Shown in pieces: positions 29,301 through 39,929 of a stretch of DNA of 64,000 bases (position 1 is its first letter; every line of letters begins with the position of its first letter). Where the stretch lies: the IMG/VR virus record IMGVR_UViG_3300042350_002513; one strand, given 5' to 3'. This DNA comes from an uncultured virus (IMG/VR IMGVR_UViG_3300042350_002513) (Duplodnaviria; Heunggongvirae; Uroviricota; Caudoviricetes). A model generated the notes under the pieces. The model was not told the DNA's origin. It ran no database searches and saw nothing but the letters and a program-made list of their open reading frames with translations. The position numbers were made by a program, and so were the translations under genes.

Positions 29301-32300
29301 TTATGTTACTGATGCTTGTTGTCCCATTACATGATATGTAATTAGAGATGAATTTGTTGAAGAAGTTGCAGAAATTAATTTTAATTGTATTAAAAAGTTT
29401 TGAGTACCTGCGGCTGCTGGATCTACTATTTGGATATCTATTTTGTCTCCAGCGGGTCCTCTTGTATTGTCATGAGCAGTTATGATAGTTCCGGGTTCTC
29501 CGTACCCAGCATTATCACCATTCTGAATAAATAGTTCAGATACAAACGCTACTGCGCTATGATTACTCCAGTCTCCAAATGCTCCAATCTTGACATAGCA
29601 AGAATTGTGAGCCAACATATTAACTGTCAATACAGTAGTCCAAGAAGCAGTGCTTAATGTCACTGTCTTTTGACCATATATGTGACCATTTAAACTGGTA
29701 GTACCTGCTACTACTAGATTTCCATCTGTTTTTATTGTATCTTCGGCAGATCTATATAAATTTGCTTGAGCATCGCCTCCAAAAGTTAATCCGCTTGCTG
29801 CTGATGTAGAGCCGGGACCACCAACTGATAATAATGTAGTTGGACTTACTGTTCCTATTCCGACACTGCCAGCAAAATAAGCAGAGCCATTTGTTAATGA
29901 AATATAAGACTGTAATGTGCTGGTTCCTCCGCCAATGAAACCAATTGAATTTGCAGGAAGATTTGATACAGCCGAGTCAATTTGACGATGATAAATTCCC
30001 CAGTTGCTTGATGTATCAGCGGAATCCAAATAAATCCAAGAATCTCTGTCATTTGCTTGAGAATATAAAAATACATTTGATGCTGGATTAACGGTGGTAT
30101 AAGTATTGAGAACTAGGCTATTTATTCCTCTGTATCTTTCTCCCCTTATTGTTCCACTAACGTCTAAAGTATAAATTGGTATTGTTGTAGCTATGCCTAC
30201 ATTTCCATTATTACGGAAATACATTCTGGCACCAACGCCTTCCTGCCAAATGTAAAGGGCAGGACTAGTTGCATCAGTATCTCCGACATTACCAATTCTC
30301 CATTTTCTTACTCCGTTAGTATGTATGAAAAGTCCACCATATCCATTAGAAGAAGCATAATCGACAATAAATCCGGGTTCTATCGCTCCACTTGCAAAAG
30401 ATCTTATCGCTGTTCCGCTAACATCTAATGCCCATGCAGGGCTTGTCGTTCCTATTCCAATTGCGTTAGAAGTTAGTGAGATAGTACCTTTAGGTATAAA
30501 TCCATAAGTAAGGTCTAATCTATTACTAGCATAATAAATTAATCTAGCATTAGAATCACCTCCAACAGAATTTGTAAAGTCAATATAAGCTCCATTTGTT
30601 CCCAACAATTGTAATTGAGCATAATTATCTGCATTATTAAAGCCCATTGAACCCGCTTTATTTAATCCATATCTACTTCCAGCAGAAGAATTATCAGAAA
30701 CTACAAAGGGCCAGTTAGTATCAGAAGTTGAAGCGTTTATTCCTAATGAGCCATTTACATCTAATTTGTAAGATGGATTAGAAGTTCCAATTCCAACTTT
30801 ATTATTAACCAATACAAAATCACCACTTCCATATTGCCCAGCAACAATTCTATCATCAGCAAATACCTCAAGAACTGGGAGACCAGCAGAGTTATTGACC
30901 GACATTAAAGAGTCGCTTAAATCATCAGTGACTGAAAAAAGAGTACCATTGGTTCCATCTGCTCTTAATACGGTTTCTCCAGCAACAGAAGAAACTATAT
31001 GAAGTTTTCCGCTAGGAGTATTGGTGCCAATGCCAACATAACCACCCTTCTTTATCGTAAGAGGATAGCTTTCCCAATTATTACCAGCATTATTGCCAAC
31101 ATTTAAAACTAAATCAGTAGTAAAACTTCCGGGATAAATATTACCATTAGATGTTTGTAAATAAGTTCCCGCAAGTATATACGCACCTGCTACAAAACTG
31201 CCATCTGTTTTAATTTGACTAGTTGATGATCTATAAAGATTCGCAGAAGCATCTCCACCTAAAGTTATACCGCTTGCTGCTGTTGTAGAACCTGCGCCAC
31301 CAACTGACAAAAGAGTAGTTGGAGTATTCGTACCTATTCCTAATTTACCATCAGATGTAATTCTAGCTTTTTCAGTGTTATTTGTATAAATTTGAATGGC
31401 ATGAACACCGATTGTAGATAATACTGTTCCATTATTGTCTGCTCCTATAGCGAATCCTGCATCCGTAGCAAGATCTCTCGTAAACGTAGCAAGAGTAGCA
31501 GATGTATTAAATACATGTAGTGGAGAACTAGGAATTGCTGTACCTATTCCAACTTTGCCATCATAAGTAAATCTAACCGACTCTGTTAAATTGCTATTTC
31601 CAGTAGCTCTTCTGGAAGAGAAAGCTAAATCACCTATACCAAATCCTTGACCATTTAAAAATAAAGATTTAATTGCCCACTGAGGAGTATAAGTATTAGC
31701 ATCATTTAAAGTAGCAAATAAAACTGCGCCACCTTGATTTGAATTATTAAGAGAGCTTCCTACTAGAATTGAACCTCCTTTATTACCACCATCAACTAAA
31801 TCAGCAGTTGCTTGATTTGCGCCAATTACTGTTAATTGATAATTTGGATTCGTTGTTCCTAAACCAACATAACCATCGCTTTTTAAAACAAGAGAATTTA
31901 CCATATTTGTATTAGTAAATGCTCCCGCTGTTACGTTCATGAACCCAAATATCTTATATCCAACTGCTGGCGCAAATGCTTCAAAATAAGGTCTATAAGC
32001 TTGTGTAGATTCAACGGTTCCTGCTAATTCATTTGTCCAATTTAAATTTTGACCATAAGTATACCAAGGGCTGTTTTGCGAAGAATGATAAGTATGTTCA
32101 GATGTTCTGATGCCTCCATTAAGTCTTGTTATATTTAATCCAACGTTAGTAACCGAGTCGTTACCAATTTGAGCATTTCCTTGTACTTCTAATCTTTGAG
32201 TAGGATTTGTCGTTCCTAAACCGACATTGCCAGCAGTCGTCAAAATATGTTGACTTCCTCCCGCTCCTAAAAGTAAATTACCATAATCAGTTCTTATTGT

Positions 32301-35300
32301 AGAATTACCTGTACCACCGTCAGTGCTTCTAGTAGATGAATTTGTAAATAAAACTATGCCATTATTTCCACCATCTCTGCGCAATACAAATGCTGTATAT
32401 GCGTTTGATCCTGCGTTTAGATTTCTGACATAAGACAATAATGGACCATCTGTATTATCATAAACATCTAATTTACCAATGGTGCTTACTGTTCCAATTC
32501 CAACAGTGCCATCTGATCTAATTCTAACTTTTTCTGAAGAAGCCCCATCTAAAGTCGTATAAAAAGCCAAATAACCATCTTGAGTACTTGCAGTTGAAGT
32601 GAAATTTTGCTCTGCGGCGGCGACTATTCTTGCTCCCAAAATTGCAGTACCTGCCGCAGCAGAATTACCTCCATATCCTAAATTAAAATTAATAGAGGCA
32701 CCATAATTTGTTCCTGTTTGAGTATTTTCAAGAGTTAATAAGTTATAAGCACTATTATCATTTCCTTTTATTAATAATCCAAGAACTGAAGAGAAAGTAG
32801 AATATCTTGCATTAGCGTCTCCTTGAACTACCTGCAATTTTCCAGCAGGATTGGTTGTAGCAATTCCAACATAACCATCAGAATTAATCCTAATTCTTTC
32901 TACATTATTAGTATAGATTTGCCAGTATCCACCACTAGATGGTAAATATCTTATTGCTGTATGAGAATTTGTTGCATCCCAAATAGAAAAAGAATTAGAA
33001 CCATTATTATCTTGATCAACATAAAATGCATATTTTGCATCATTATTTGCTATATCTAAAGCTAGTAATTGATCTTTAGCTCCTTTATTAATAGACAACT
33101 TAGCGGTTGGAGCAGTAGAGTTTATACCGACATTACCGGCAGATGTAATTCTAACTCTTTCTGTTTGTTGAGTATGAAATGTTGTATGATTCCAACTGCT
33201 TAAAATCATTCCGTCAATTACAGAATCATATTTTAGATACTGAGAAGAAATATCATTCGCCCAACTTATAGCAGAGCCGCTTCCAGCGGCCATATAAATA
33301 CTACCATTAACATTTAGTTTTAAAGGAGCAACGCTTGTGCCAATTCCAATATTACCATTAGATAAAATTCTTAAAGCTTCTGTTTGAGTAGCAAAGCCTA
33401 CTCCAAAAGCCATTCCATAAGATGCACCGCTTGGATTAAATTCAATATAAGCTTGATTTGTTACATCTGTACGTTTTTGGATCTTTGTGCTGGCAGTTGT
33501 CCAGTCTCCTCCTGTTGCAAAACGTGTTTCTACTAAATTAATTTGCGAAACATTTCCATTATTAACAGCATAAGTAAATCCAGTAATAGTAGACCCAGCA
33601 GGAATACCGGGTAATGTTCCTGCATTTATATTTAAAGTAGTAACGGTAGTAGTATTAGTGTTAAAATTGCCATTAACTACTAAGCTACCATCTGTTCTTA
33701 TCGTATCTTCGGCTGATCTATATAAATTTGCCTGAGCGTCTCCTCCAAAAGTTAATCCGCTTGCTGCTGAAGTTGATCCAAGTCCGCCAAGAGAAAGAAG
33801 TGTTTGTGGATTTATAGTTCCAATTCCAACTTTGCCATCAGCCTTAAATACAGATATACCACTAGCACCAGCAGAAAGAACAATAGAATTAGGATTAGCT
33901 GAAAGTAAAATCAAATCATCAGAAATGCCTCCGGTGACAGCAGACGCTAACCCGATGCTGGCTTCTGGAGTTTGTGCTTTATAAAATTCAATTTGAGAAC
34001 CTGCATTATTTCCCGTACTTCCTACTAGTCTAACCGTAGCAATGCTTGATACTGTACCGCTATTTATTATATGTAATTTTACGGTAGGATTAGTTGTTCC
34101 TATTCCAACATTTCCGCCGTTTGCTACAGTAACAGCATTAGAATTAGTAGTTCTATTAAAAATAGCAAATCCATTTGTGCCATCTGCACCAGCGGACCAT
34201 AAATTACTTGTACTGCTTTGGAAATCCATCCAAGTACCAGCAGTTGATCCAGAAATGAATATCAATTGGTTGTCGCTTGAAGTGATATGAAGTTTTCTAA
34301 GTGGATTAGTTGTGCCGATACCAACATTACCTACATCAGTTACTGTCATTTTTACTGTTGGATCTGTAAGAACGCCTCTGGTGTATATATCTAAAATTCC
34401 CCCAACACTTCCAGCACTAACCGGCCTATTTCTAAACACAACGTGACTATATAGTCCTAATGCGAGAGATGTTGGATTAGCATCAGTTGCGGCGTCTATT
34501 AAATTCAACGTATGAGTATAAACACTTGTATTAGTTGTAATATCAGCGTTGATAAACATTGCTCTTTGATTTAAACCAAGTGTACCTGCTGAAACATAAA
34601 GTTTAGCATTTGGTGATGTTGTGCCTATACCAATATTACCATTATGGTAAATACGCATTCTTTCGGCATAAGTTTGGTCATTGAGTTGATTTGTATAAAA
34701 TGCTAAACTTGTGCCTCTATTGTAACCCAAAGTATCTTCGCTGACAGCATAAATTGCTGAAGTTTTCCCTAAGCTATTTGAAAGAGAATCGACCGCTCCA
34801 ATAAATTTAATACCCCATTTTGCTCCAATATTAGAAGTTGTCGCTGAATTAACGCCATAAGGAGCATTTAAAATTAATAAATCATTTGTAGAACCCGAAT
34901 TCATCAAAGCACTTTCAGAAGAAGTACCTAATTGAATTCTTGTTCCTGTTGCAGTAGTTTCTACTACATGCAATTTAGAAGTAGGAGAAGTCGTATTTAT
35001 ACCTACATCACCACTACTATCAATATAGACGGCATTGGTTAATCCATTTGTTTGAAAGTATAAATCTGAACCGCCTAATATTAAACTTTGATAAGAGCCA
35101 GCCAAAGTATTGTCTACGCCCTGTATATAAGTGCCAGCAGAGTTGAGATTAAATCTTACTCCTTTAGTTGCGCCTGCCACAGAAAAAGCATATGTACTAT
35201 CAGGACTTACAACATGTAATCTACCATTTGGAGTAACTGTACCTATTCCTACATTTCCTCCAGAAGTTATACTCATTAAAGTACTTCTTCCGCCACCACC

Positions 35301-37358
35301 AACAGAAGTCTGAGTACTAAAATATAAACTTTGACCACTTGCCCAATCAAAATAATTTATTCCATTATTTCTAAACAAAGAAAGTCTAGAGTTATTTCCT
35401 TCGCTAATTAATTCTCCACTTGCTCTTACTGATCCAATTACATCTAATTTATAACCGGGGTTACCTATTCCAATTCCTGCGTTTCCACTAACTAATAAAT
35501 TTGAGGTTATATTGGTAGTGCCATTTATTTTTGAATCACCAAATACTTCAAAAGTATCAGAAGACTGAGAGTGCGCTCCAAATCTTACTAGATTTATGTA
35601 TTGATTAGCAGTGCCTCCCGCTTGTTGTAAGTATAAAGGAATATTTGAGGAGCGATCTACTTTTATGAATCTATGTCTATATTGACCATTTGTATATGTA
35701 TTATGATCGAAAACTAAACCAAAAACTCCAGTAGCATTTGGAAATATATTAGAATCAGGAATTCCTGATTGACTAGTAAATCCCATGTTTCTCAAGTGTA
35801 GTTGACCTGATGGATTAGTTATACCTATTCCAACGAAGCCATTATCATAAATGCTTCCAGTAACTAATTCTTTAGACGTATTCCAACGAGGAACATAATA
35901 TTGCGTTCCAGATCCAGAAAGAAAAGTTTGAATTTCGTAACCACTTAGAGAATTAATCCTAGCGTTAAGAGTTGAACCAGTTGCAGCTAGGTTCGTGTTC
36001 GTAGTGTTGATCTTCGTATCAAGAGTCGAACCAGTGGCAGCTAGGTTAGTGTTCGTAGTGTTAATCTTAGTATCAAGGGTAGAACCAGTAGCAGCTAGGT
36101 TAAGGATCGTCGCAAAGTTCGCGTTGGAATAACCACTCAGAGCATTGATCTTCGTATCAAGGACCGAACCCGTAGCAGCTAGGTTAAGGATCGTTGCAAA
36201 ACTGTTGTTGGAGTACCCACTCAGAGTGTTGATCTTTGCGTCGAGAGTCGAACCAGTTGCAGCAATGTTTCCGCTCAAAGAAGTAATCGTTGGAGAAATT
36301 ATCCCAATAGCGACCTCTAAAGAACCATCGGTTTTAATTCTTGAGCTAGATATCCTATACAGGTTAGCAACAGCATCGCCACCAAAAGTTAAGCCGCTTG
36401 CTGCTAAAGTAGAGCCCGCGCCACCAACTGACAACAGAGTAGTTGGAGAGGCTGTGCCTATACCAACTTTATTATTTATAAGAACAAAATCATTTTGTCC
36501 ATACTGACCCATCACGACTCTATCATCTGCAAATACTTCCAATACTGGTAAACCTGCGGAATTATTCACCGACATCAAAGAGTCACTTAGATCATCATTT
36601 ACAGAAAATAAAATTCCATTTGTACCGTCTGCTCTAAGGACAGTTTCACCAGCAACTGAAGAGACGATATGAAGTTTACCTGTTGGTTGAGTAGTTCCAA
36701 TTCCAACATAAGAACCTCTTCCAATAAATAAACCAGCTTCCCAAGCATTTTGGGCAATATTTCCAACAAATACTGTTAAAGCTCCATAAGGAGCCCCGGC
36801 ATAAATTTGTCCACCAGCAGTTTGTAAATACGAAGCAGCATATACATAAGAAGAAGATGCCAAAGAAGCAGCAGTAAAAGCAGCATCTGTTTTTAACACA
36901 GAATCAGAAAGTCTATATAAATTTACAACGGCGTCTCCACCAAAAGTTATTCCACTTGCCGCAGAAGTGGAACCCGCACCACCAACAGACAAAAGGGTTG
37001 TTGGACTAATAGTACCTATTCCAACATTTGTACCATTATCATATATACTTCCAGTAATTAATAACTTGCTCCCATTCCAACGAGGAACATAATTAGTAAT
37101 ACCATTACCAGATAAAAAAGTATTATTCGCATATCCACTAAGAGAATTTATTCTATTATTTAATAAGGTTCCAGTAGCAGCAATCTGCCCACTTAAAGCA
37201 GCAAGATCAGTATTACTTGAATCTGCTTGCCACATTACGCCAGATGATGTAGACGTTAGAACTTGACCGGGAGTTCCTAAACGACTAGAGTAGTCAAATA
37301 TAAAACCGGATATCTGAATGCCCGTAGCAAATAATTCATCTATAGCAAATTGCGCCAT
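29301..37358 (-). CDS. Giant tail-fibre-like protein, 2685 aa
   Basis: Many GNVGIGT repeats, AATGS coiled-coil-like repeats, and modules shared with the downstream fibre gene. Confidence 0.8.
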   Translation of the reverse strand: MAQFAIDELFATGIQISGFIFDYSSRLGTPGQVLTSTSSGVMWQADSSNTDLAALSGQIAATGTLLNNRINSLSGYANNTFLSGNGITNYVPRWNGSKLLITGSIYDNGTNVGIGTISPTTLLSVGGAGSTSAASGITFGGDAVVNLYRLSDSVLKTDAAFTAASLASSSYVYAASYLQTAGGQIYAGAPYGALTVFVGNIAQNAWEAGLFIGRGSYVGIGTTQPTGKLHIVSSVAGETVLRADGTNGILFSVNDDLSDSLMSVNNSAGLPVLEVFADDRVVMGQYGQNDFVLINNKVGIGTASPTTLLSVGGAGSTLAASGLTFGGDAVANLYRISSSRIKTDGSLEVAIGIISPTITSLSGNIAATGSTLDAKINTLSGYSNNSFATILNLAATGSVLDTKINALSGYSNANFATILNLAATGSTLDTKINTTNTNLAATGSTLDTKINTTNTNLAATGSTLNARINSLSGYEIQTFLSGSGTQYYVPRWNTSKELVTGSIYDNGFVGIGITNPSGQLHLRNMGFTSQSGIPDSNIFPNATGVFGLVFDHNTYTNGQYRHRFIKVDRSSNIPLYLQQAGGTANQYINLVRFGAHSQSSDTFEVFGDSKINGTTNITSNLLVSGNAGIGIGNPGYKLDVIGSVRASGELISEGNNSRLSLFRNNGINYFDWASGQSLYFSTQTSVGGGGRSTLMSITSGGNVGIGTVTPNGRLHVVSPDSTYAFSVAGATKGVRFNLNSAGTYIQGVDNTLAGSYQSLILGGSDLYFQTNGLTNAVYIDSSGDVGINTTSPTSKLHVVETTATGTRIQLGTSSESALMNSGSTNDLLILNAPYGVNSATTSNIGAKWGIKFIGAVDSLSNSLGKTSAIYAVSEDTLGYNRGTSLAFYTNQLNDQTYAERMRIYHNGNIGIGTTSPNAKLYVSAGTLGLNQRAMFINADITTNTSVYTHTLNLIDAATDANPTSLALGLYSHVVFRNRPVSAGSVGGILDIYTRGVLTDPTVKMTVTDVGNVGIGTTNPLRKLHITSSDNQLIFISGSTAGTWMDFQSSTSNLWSAGADGTNGFAIFNRTTNSNAVTVANGGNVGIGTTNPTVKLHIINSGTVSSIATVRLVGSTGNNAGSQIEFYKAQTPEASIGLASAVTGGISDDLILLSANPNSIVLSAGASGISVFKADGKVGIGTINPQTLLSLGGLGSTSAASGLTFGGDAQANLYRSAEDTIRTDGSLVVNGNFNTNTTTVTTLNINAGTLPGIPAGSTITGFTYAVNNGNVSQINLVETRFATGGDWTTASTKIQKRTDVTNQAYIEFNPSGASYGMAFGVGFATQTEALRILSNGNIGIGTSVAPLKLNVNGSIYMAAGSGSAISWANDISSQYLKYDSVIDGMILSSWNHTTFHTQQTERVRITSAGNVGINSTAPTAKLSINKGAKDQLLALDIANNDAKYAFYVDQDNNGSNSFSIWDATNSHTAIRYLPSSGGYWQIYTNNVERIRINSDGYVGIATTNPAGKLQVVQGDANARYSTFSSVLGLLIKGNDNSAYNLLTLENTQTGTNYGASINFNLGYGGNSAAAGTAILGARIVAAAEQNFTSTASTQDGYLAFYTTLDGASSEKVRIRSDGTVGIGTVSTIGKLDVYDNTDGPLLSYVRNLNAGSNAYTAFVLRRDGGNNGIVLFTNSSTRSTDGGTGNSTIRTDYGNLLLGAGGSQHILTTAGNVGLGTTNPTQRLEVQGNAQIGNDSVTNVGLNITRLNGGIRTSEHTYHSSQNSPWYTYGQNLNWTNELAGTVESTQAYRPYFEAFAPAVGYKIFGFMNVTAGAFTNTNMVNSLVLKSDGYVGLGTTNPNYQLTVIGANQATADLVDGGNKGGSILVGSSLNNSNQGGAVLFATLNDANTYTPQWAIKSLFLNGQGFGIGDLAFSSRRATGNSNLTESVRFTYDGKVGIGTAIPSSPLHVFNTSATLATFTRDLATDAGFAIGADNNGTVLSTIGVHAIQIYTNNTEKARITSDGKLGIGTNTPTTLLSVGGAGSTTAASGITLGGDASANLYRSSTSQIKTDGSFVAGAYILAGTYLQTSNGNIYPGSFTTDLVLNVGNNAGNNWESYPLTIKKGGYVGIGTNTPSGKLHIVSSVAGETVLRADGTNGTLFSVTDDLSDSLMSVNNSAGLPVLEVFADDRIVAGQYGSGDFVLVNNKVGIGTSNPSYKLDVNGSLGINASTSDTNWPFVVSDNSSAGSRYGLNKAGSMGFNNADNYAQLQLLGTNGAYIDFTNSVGGDSNARLIYYASNRLDLTYGFIPKGTISLTSNAIGIGTTSPAWALDVSGTAIRSFASGAIEPGFIVDYASSNGYGGLFIHTNGVRKWRIGNVGDTDATSPALYIWQEGVGARMYFRNNGNVGIATTIPIYTLDVSGTIRGERYRGINSLVLNTYTTVNPASNVFLYSQANDRDSWIYLDSADTSSNWGIYHRQIDSAVSNLPANSIGFIGGGTSTLQSYISLTNGSAYFAGSVGIGTVSPTTLLSVGGPGSTSAASGLTFGGDAQANLYRSAEDTIKTDGNLVVAGTTSLNGHIYGQKTVTLSTASWTTVLTVNMLAHNSCYVKIGAFGDWSNHSAVAFVSELFIQNGDNAGYGEPGTIITAHDNTRGPAGDKIDIQIVDPAAAGTQNFLIQLKLISATSSTNSSLITYHVMGQQASVT
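35936..36280 (-). repeat. Intragenic tandem repeat, five copies of LAATGSTLDTKIN-like unit
   Basis: Visible in both translation and DNA. Confidence 0.85.
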
Positions 37359-37390
37359 TTTAAAACCTTATACCTTATTATTATTTACAC

Positions 37391-37431
37391 AAAAAAATCT
37401 TTAGCCCCCTAAAAATCGAGAGCTAAAGATT
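37391..37431 (-). terminator. Intrinsic terminator
   Basis: AATCTTTAGC...GCTAAAGATT stem with U-tract. Confidence 0.65.
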
Positions 37432-37458
37432 GCGTTTCTAATATTTTGGTCTAATATT

Positions 37459-37683
37459 TTAGACTTGCATCTTTGGGAACGGAGGAATCTCTGGTCCCTT
37501 TGTGTTGCTGATTAGATTTTGAAGAGCAGCGGTACACTTATCAAGATACACATGCTCATCATAACTCAATCTGCTTTGACGAGCTAGACCTACAAAAGTG
37601 TTTAGCGCAACTTGTGCAGTAGGATCTGGCAAGTCTTTGACGGATGGAGGTTGCTGTGGTTGCTGTTGATTAGTCTGTTCCAT
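37459..37683 (-). CDS. Hypothetical protein
   Basis: 74-aa ORF co-oriented with its neighbours. Confidence 0.7.
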   Translation of the reverse strand: MEQTNQQQPQQPPSVKDLPDPTAQVALNTFVGLARQSRLSYDEHVYLDKCTAALQNLISNTKGPEIPPFPKMQV

Positions 37684-37692
37684 ATATTTGTA

Positions 37693-38049
37693 TTATCTTC
37701 CTTCGGCTAAAATTTTCTTTACAGTATCAGAAACACTAGTATCTAAAACTTTCTTGGTGCTGGATACTCTCAAATAAGAATTATTGTATCTGCGAAACTC
37801 GTTCAACAATCGCTCTCTTAGCATCTTCATATTGTCAACGGGAATAAGATTCATCTTAAGAGCATGATTTTGAAGGTCGCTTTTAGTCATTGCATTTAGC
37901 TGACTCCAATACTCATCTTCACTAAAAGTACCATATTTATCAGCACCAGAATCACCAAGAATTTGGTCAAGAGTTTGATATTCTTTTTCTTCGATCTTGG
38001 CGTGAGTTTGACTCAAGTTTTCGATATTTTGCTTCTTCTTCTTAGCCAT
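37693..38049 (-). CDS. Hypothetical protein
   Basis: 118-aa ORF downstream of the major capsid gene. Confidence 0.75.
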   Translation of the reverse strand: MAKKKKQNIENLSQTHAKIEEKEYQTLDQILGDSGADKYGTFSEDEYWSQLNAMTKSDLQNHALKMNLIPVDNMKMLRERLLNEFRRYNNSYLRVSSTKKVLDTSVSDTVKKILAEGR

Positions 38050-38085
38050 ACCTTATATTAATACATATAGTTAAAAATGTAAAAT

Positions 38086-38116
38086 AAAAAACCCCGGAGG
38101 GGTTACCTCCGGGGTT
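38086..38116 (-). terminator. Intrinsic terminator after major capsid gene
   Basis: AACCCCGGAGG-loop-CCTCCGGGGTT stem plus U-tract. Confidence 0.85.
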
Positions 38117-38133
38117 AAAACCTAACTTAGATT

Positions 38134-39291
38134 TTATACGTCATCGAATCTCATACCGACGACAGCGCGAGCGTCGATACAGATACGGCCTTCCTCTAGG
38201 AATCCGTAGAATCCAGTCTTCTCGGCGCGGGTGATGAATTGATCATCAGGGAGAACAGTGAGTTGTCCACCGCTCTCAGCGTTTGTAGCAACTGGGCGAA
38301 TGAAAGCATCGCGGCTTAGATCAAGTCCGATAGCAATTTCCTCTGTGCTGGCGAAAGCAGCAGAGTTGTTTCCGTTAATATCAGTATAGGTGTTAGCACC
38401 AGTAAAGTTACTGAGAAGAACGTTATACTTTTGGCTTGCACCCAACTCAAGCAACTCAATGATATTGATACCAAAGAGGCTTTCCATACCACCACCTCTG
38501 AAGATCTCAGTGCGAACATCCTCAGACAATTGAGTTTGAGTAGTGGAAGTAGTTGCGAAGAGAGGATTGAATGAGAACTGACGAATCTTAGCTTTAGCTT
38601 CAGGACTGACGAAAAGATCAGTCAAGCCGCGAGCAGAATTATCAGAAGGAGTACCACCAGCAAAAGAAACATTAATTCTCTTGGTGCGGAGGATCAAATC
38701 ATTTAACATTTGAAGATTAAATGTAGCTGCACTGAAAGTTTGAGCAGGAGAAAGAATGTGCTTCAAAGCTCCAGAAGTTCCGAAAGCAACTGAACGTCCA
38801 TCCTTGGTGGAGGCGTTTGCTAGAGCCTTAAGAATAACAGCCCAAGCATTGCGCTCTTGCTTAACAAGAACCTCTTGAGCCATGCGATCCAAAGCTCCAC
38901 TAACTACGTCAAGACGAGCTTTGCGAGCATACTTCTTATTGAAGGAAACGGCAGAGTCAAGACGGTAAGTAGCAATCTTCAACTCTTGAACTGGTTGATC
39001 CATGTAGTTGGAGGGTAGACCACCAGCAACATTTTGTGCCCAGACGGAAACTAGACCAGCAGCCTCATTGTAATAGAGATCAAGAGGATAAGAAGGACTA
39101 TCGTCCTCATTAAACTCCATATCTCTATAGATCATACCGGCAGTACCAGCTTGAGCGAGTACCTTTTGGATAACTGGTCCAACGAAAGCGGCCAAAGCCT
39201 CCATAGCTTCAGCGGACTCAACGACATTGCGAGAACCAACCTTTTTGATTAGCTCTACTTGTTCTGGCGTATTTTTTAATTTAAGTCTCAT
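38134..39291 (-). CDS. Major capsid protein (HK97-like fold expected)
   Basis: 385 aa, follows protease-scaffold and decoration genes, C-rich codon bias suggesting high expression, strong terminator, MCP-like C-terminus GFYGFLEEG...D.RAV. Confidence 0.8.
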   Translation of the reverse strand: MRLKLKNTPEQVELIKKVGSRNVVESAEAMEALAAFVGPVIQKVLAQAGTAGMIYRDMEFNEDDSPSYPLDLYYNEAAGLVSVWAQNVAGGLPSNYMDQPVQELKIATYRLDSAVSFNKKYARKARLDVVSGALDRMAQEVLVKQERNAWAVILKALANASTKDGRSVAFGTSGALKHILSPAQTFSAATFNLQMLNDLILRTKRINVSFAGGTPSDNSARGLTDLFVSPEAKAKIRQFSFNPLFATTSTTQTQLSEDVRTEIFRGGGMESLFGINIIELLELGASQKYNVLLSNFTGANTYTDINGNNSAAFASTEEIAIGLDLSRDAFIRPVATNAESGGQLTVLPDDQFITRAEKTGFYGFLEEGRICIDARAVVGMRFDDV

Positions 39292-39328
39292 ATTATTTAG
39301 TTAATTAGTTAGTTGTTCTTGTTGGTTA

Positions 39329-39898
39329 TTATAGGTCGAGGTTCAATAAGGCATAGCCATCAGTATCAGCAGAACCTAAATAAGTTCCAACCTTAGCACC
39401 ACCGCTACCACCATAAATGGCAGCATTGGTTTCCAATTCACCATTAGCATTGATGAAAGCAGAGTTACCAGCGGTAGCTCCAGTTGCATAAGCCAAGATG
39501 ATGCCGCGCTTGAGAACGGGAACAGTTTGTCCAGAGACAACTGCGCTCAACTCAGCAGCTTTGCGAGGGTTATAGATAAGTTTCTCGCCGTTTTCGTCTG
39601 TTTCACGAACGTCATTGAGAAGGATTCCGATAACCTTGCCCAAGTCTCCAGTGCCAGCAGTAGTAACGCGAGCAGTGGTGGAATAACGATCAGAAACGAC
39701 GTTGCTGTAAGAAGCTCCTACAGCACCATTTGATAGAATGTTTAGAGCGTCGTCAGTGTTTCTCCAACCTGAGCCAAGGACTTTAACGAAAGTTCCTTTG
39801 TTTACAGTTTCGAGATCAAAAGCGAACATGTTGATAACTTCATGCTCACCATAACCACGAAATGGTTTAATTAATCTTTTAGTAGATGAATATGGCAT
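39329..39898 (-). CDS. Capsid decoration/cement protein
   Basis: 189-aa Gly-rich beta protein between scaffold and MCP (GILLNDV...V.V.KRG). Confidence 0.65.
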   Translation of the reverse strand: MPYSSTKRLIKPFRGYGEHEVINMFAFDLETVNKGTFVKVLGSGWRNTDDALNILSNGAVGASYSNVVSDRYSTTARVTTAGTGDLGKVIGILLNDVRETDENGEKLIYNPRKAAELSAVVSGQTVPVLKRGIILAYATGATAGNSAFINANGELETNAAIYGGSGGAKVGTYLGSADTDGYALLNLDL

Positions 39899-39929
39899 AG
39901 TGTTTTCCTATTATATATTTATTGTTTGT

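Noticed and set aside
21863..37358. Diversity-generating retroelement TR/VR pair among fibre repeats
   Set aside because: All repeats are in-frame coding modules, differences do not look adenine-specific, and there is no reverse transcriptase in the window
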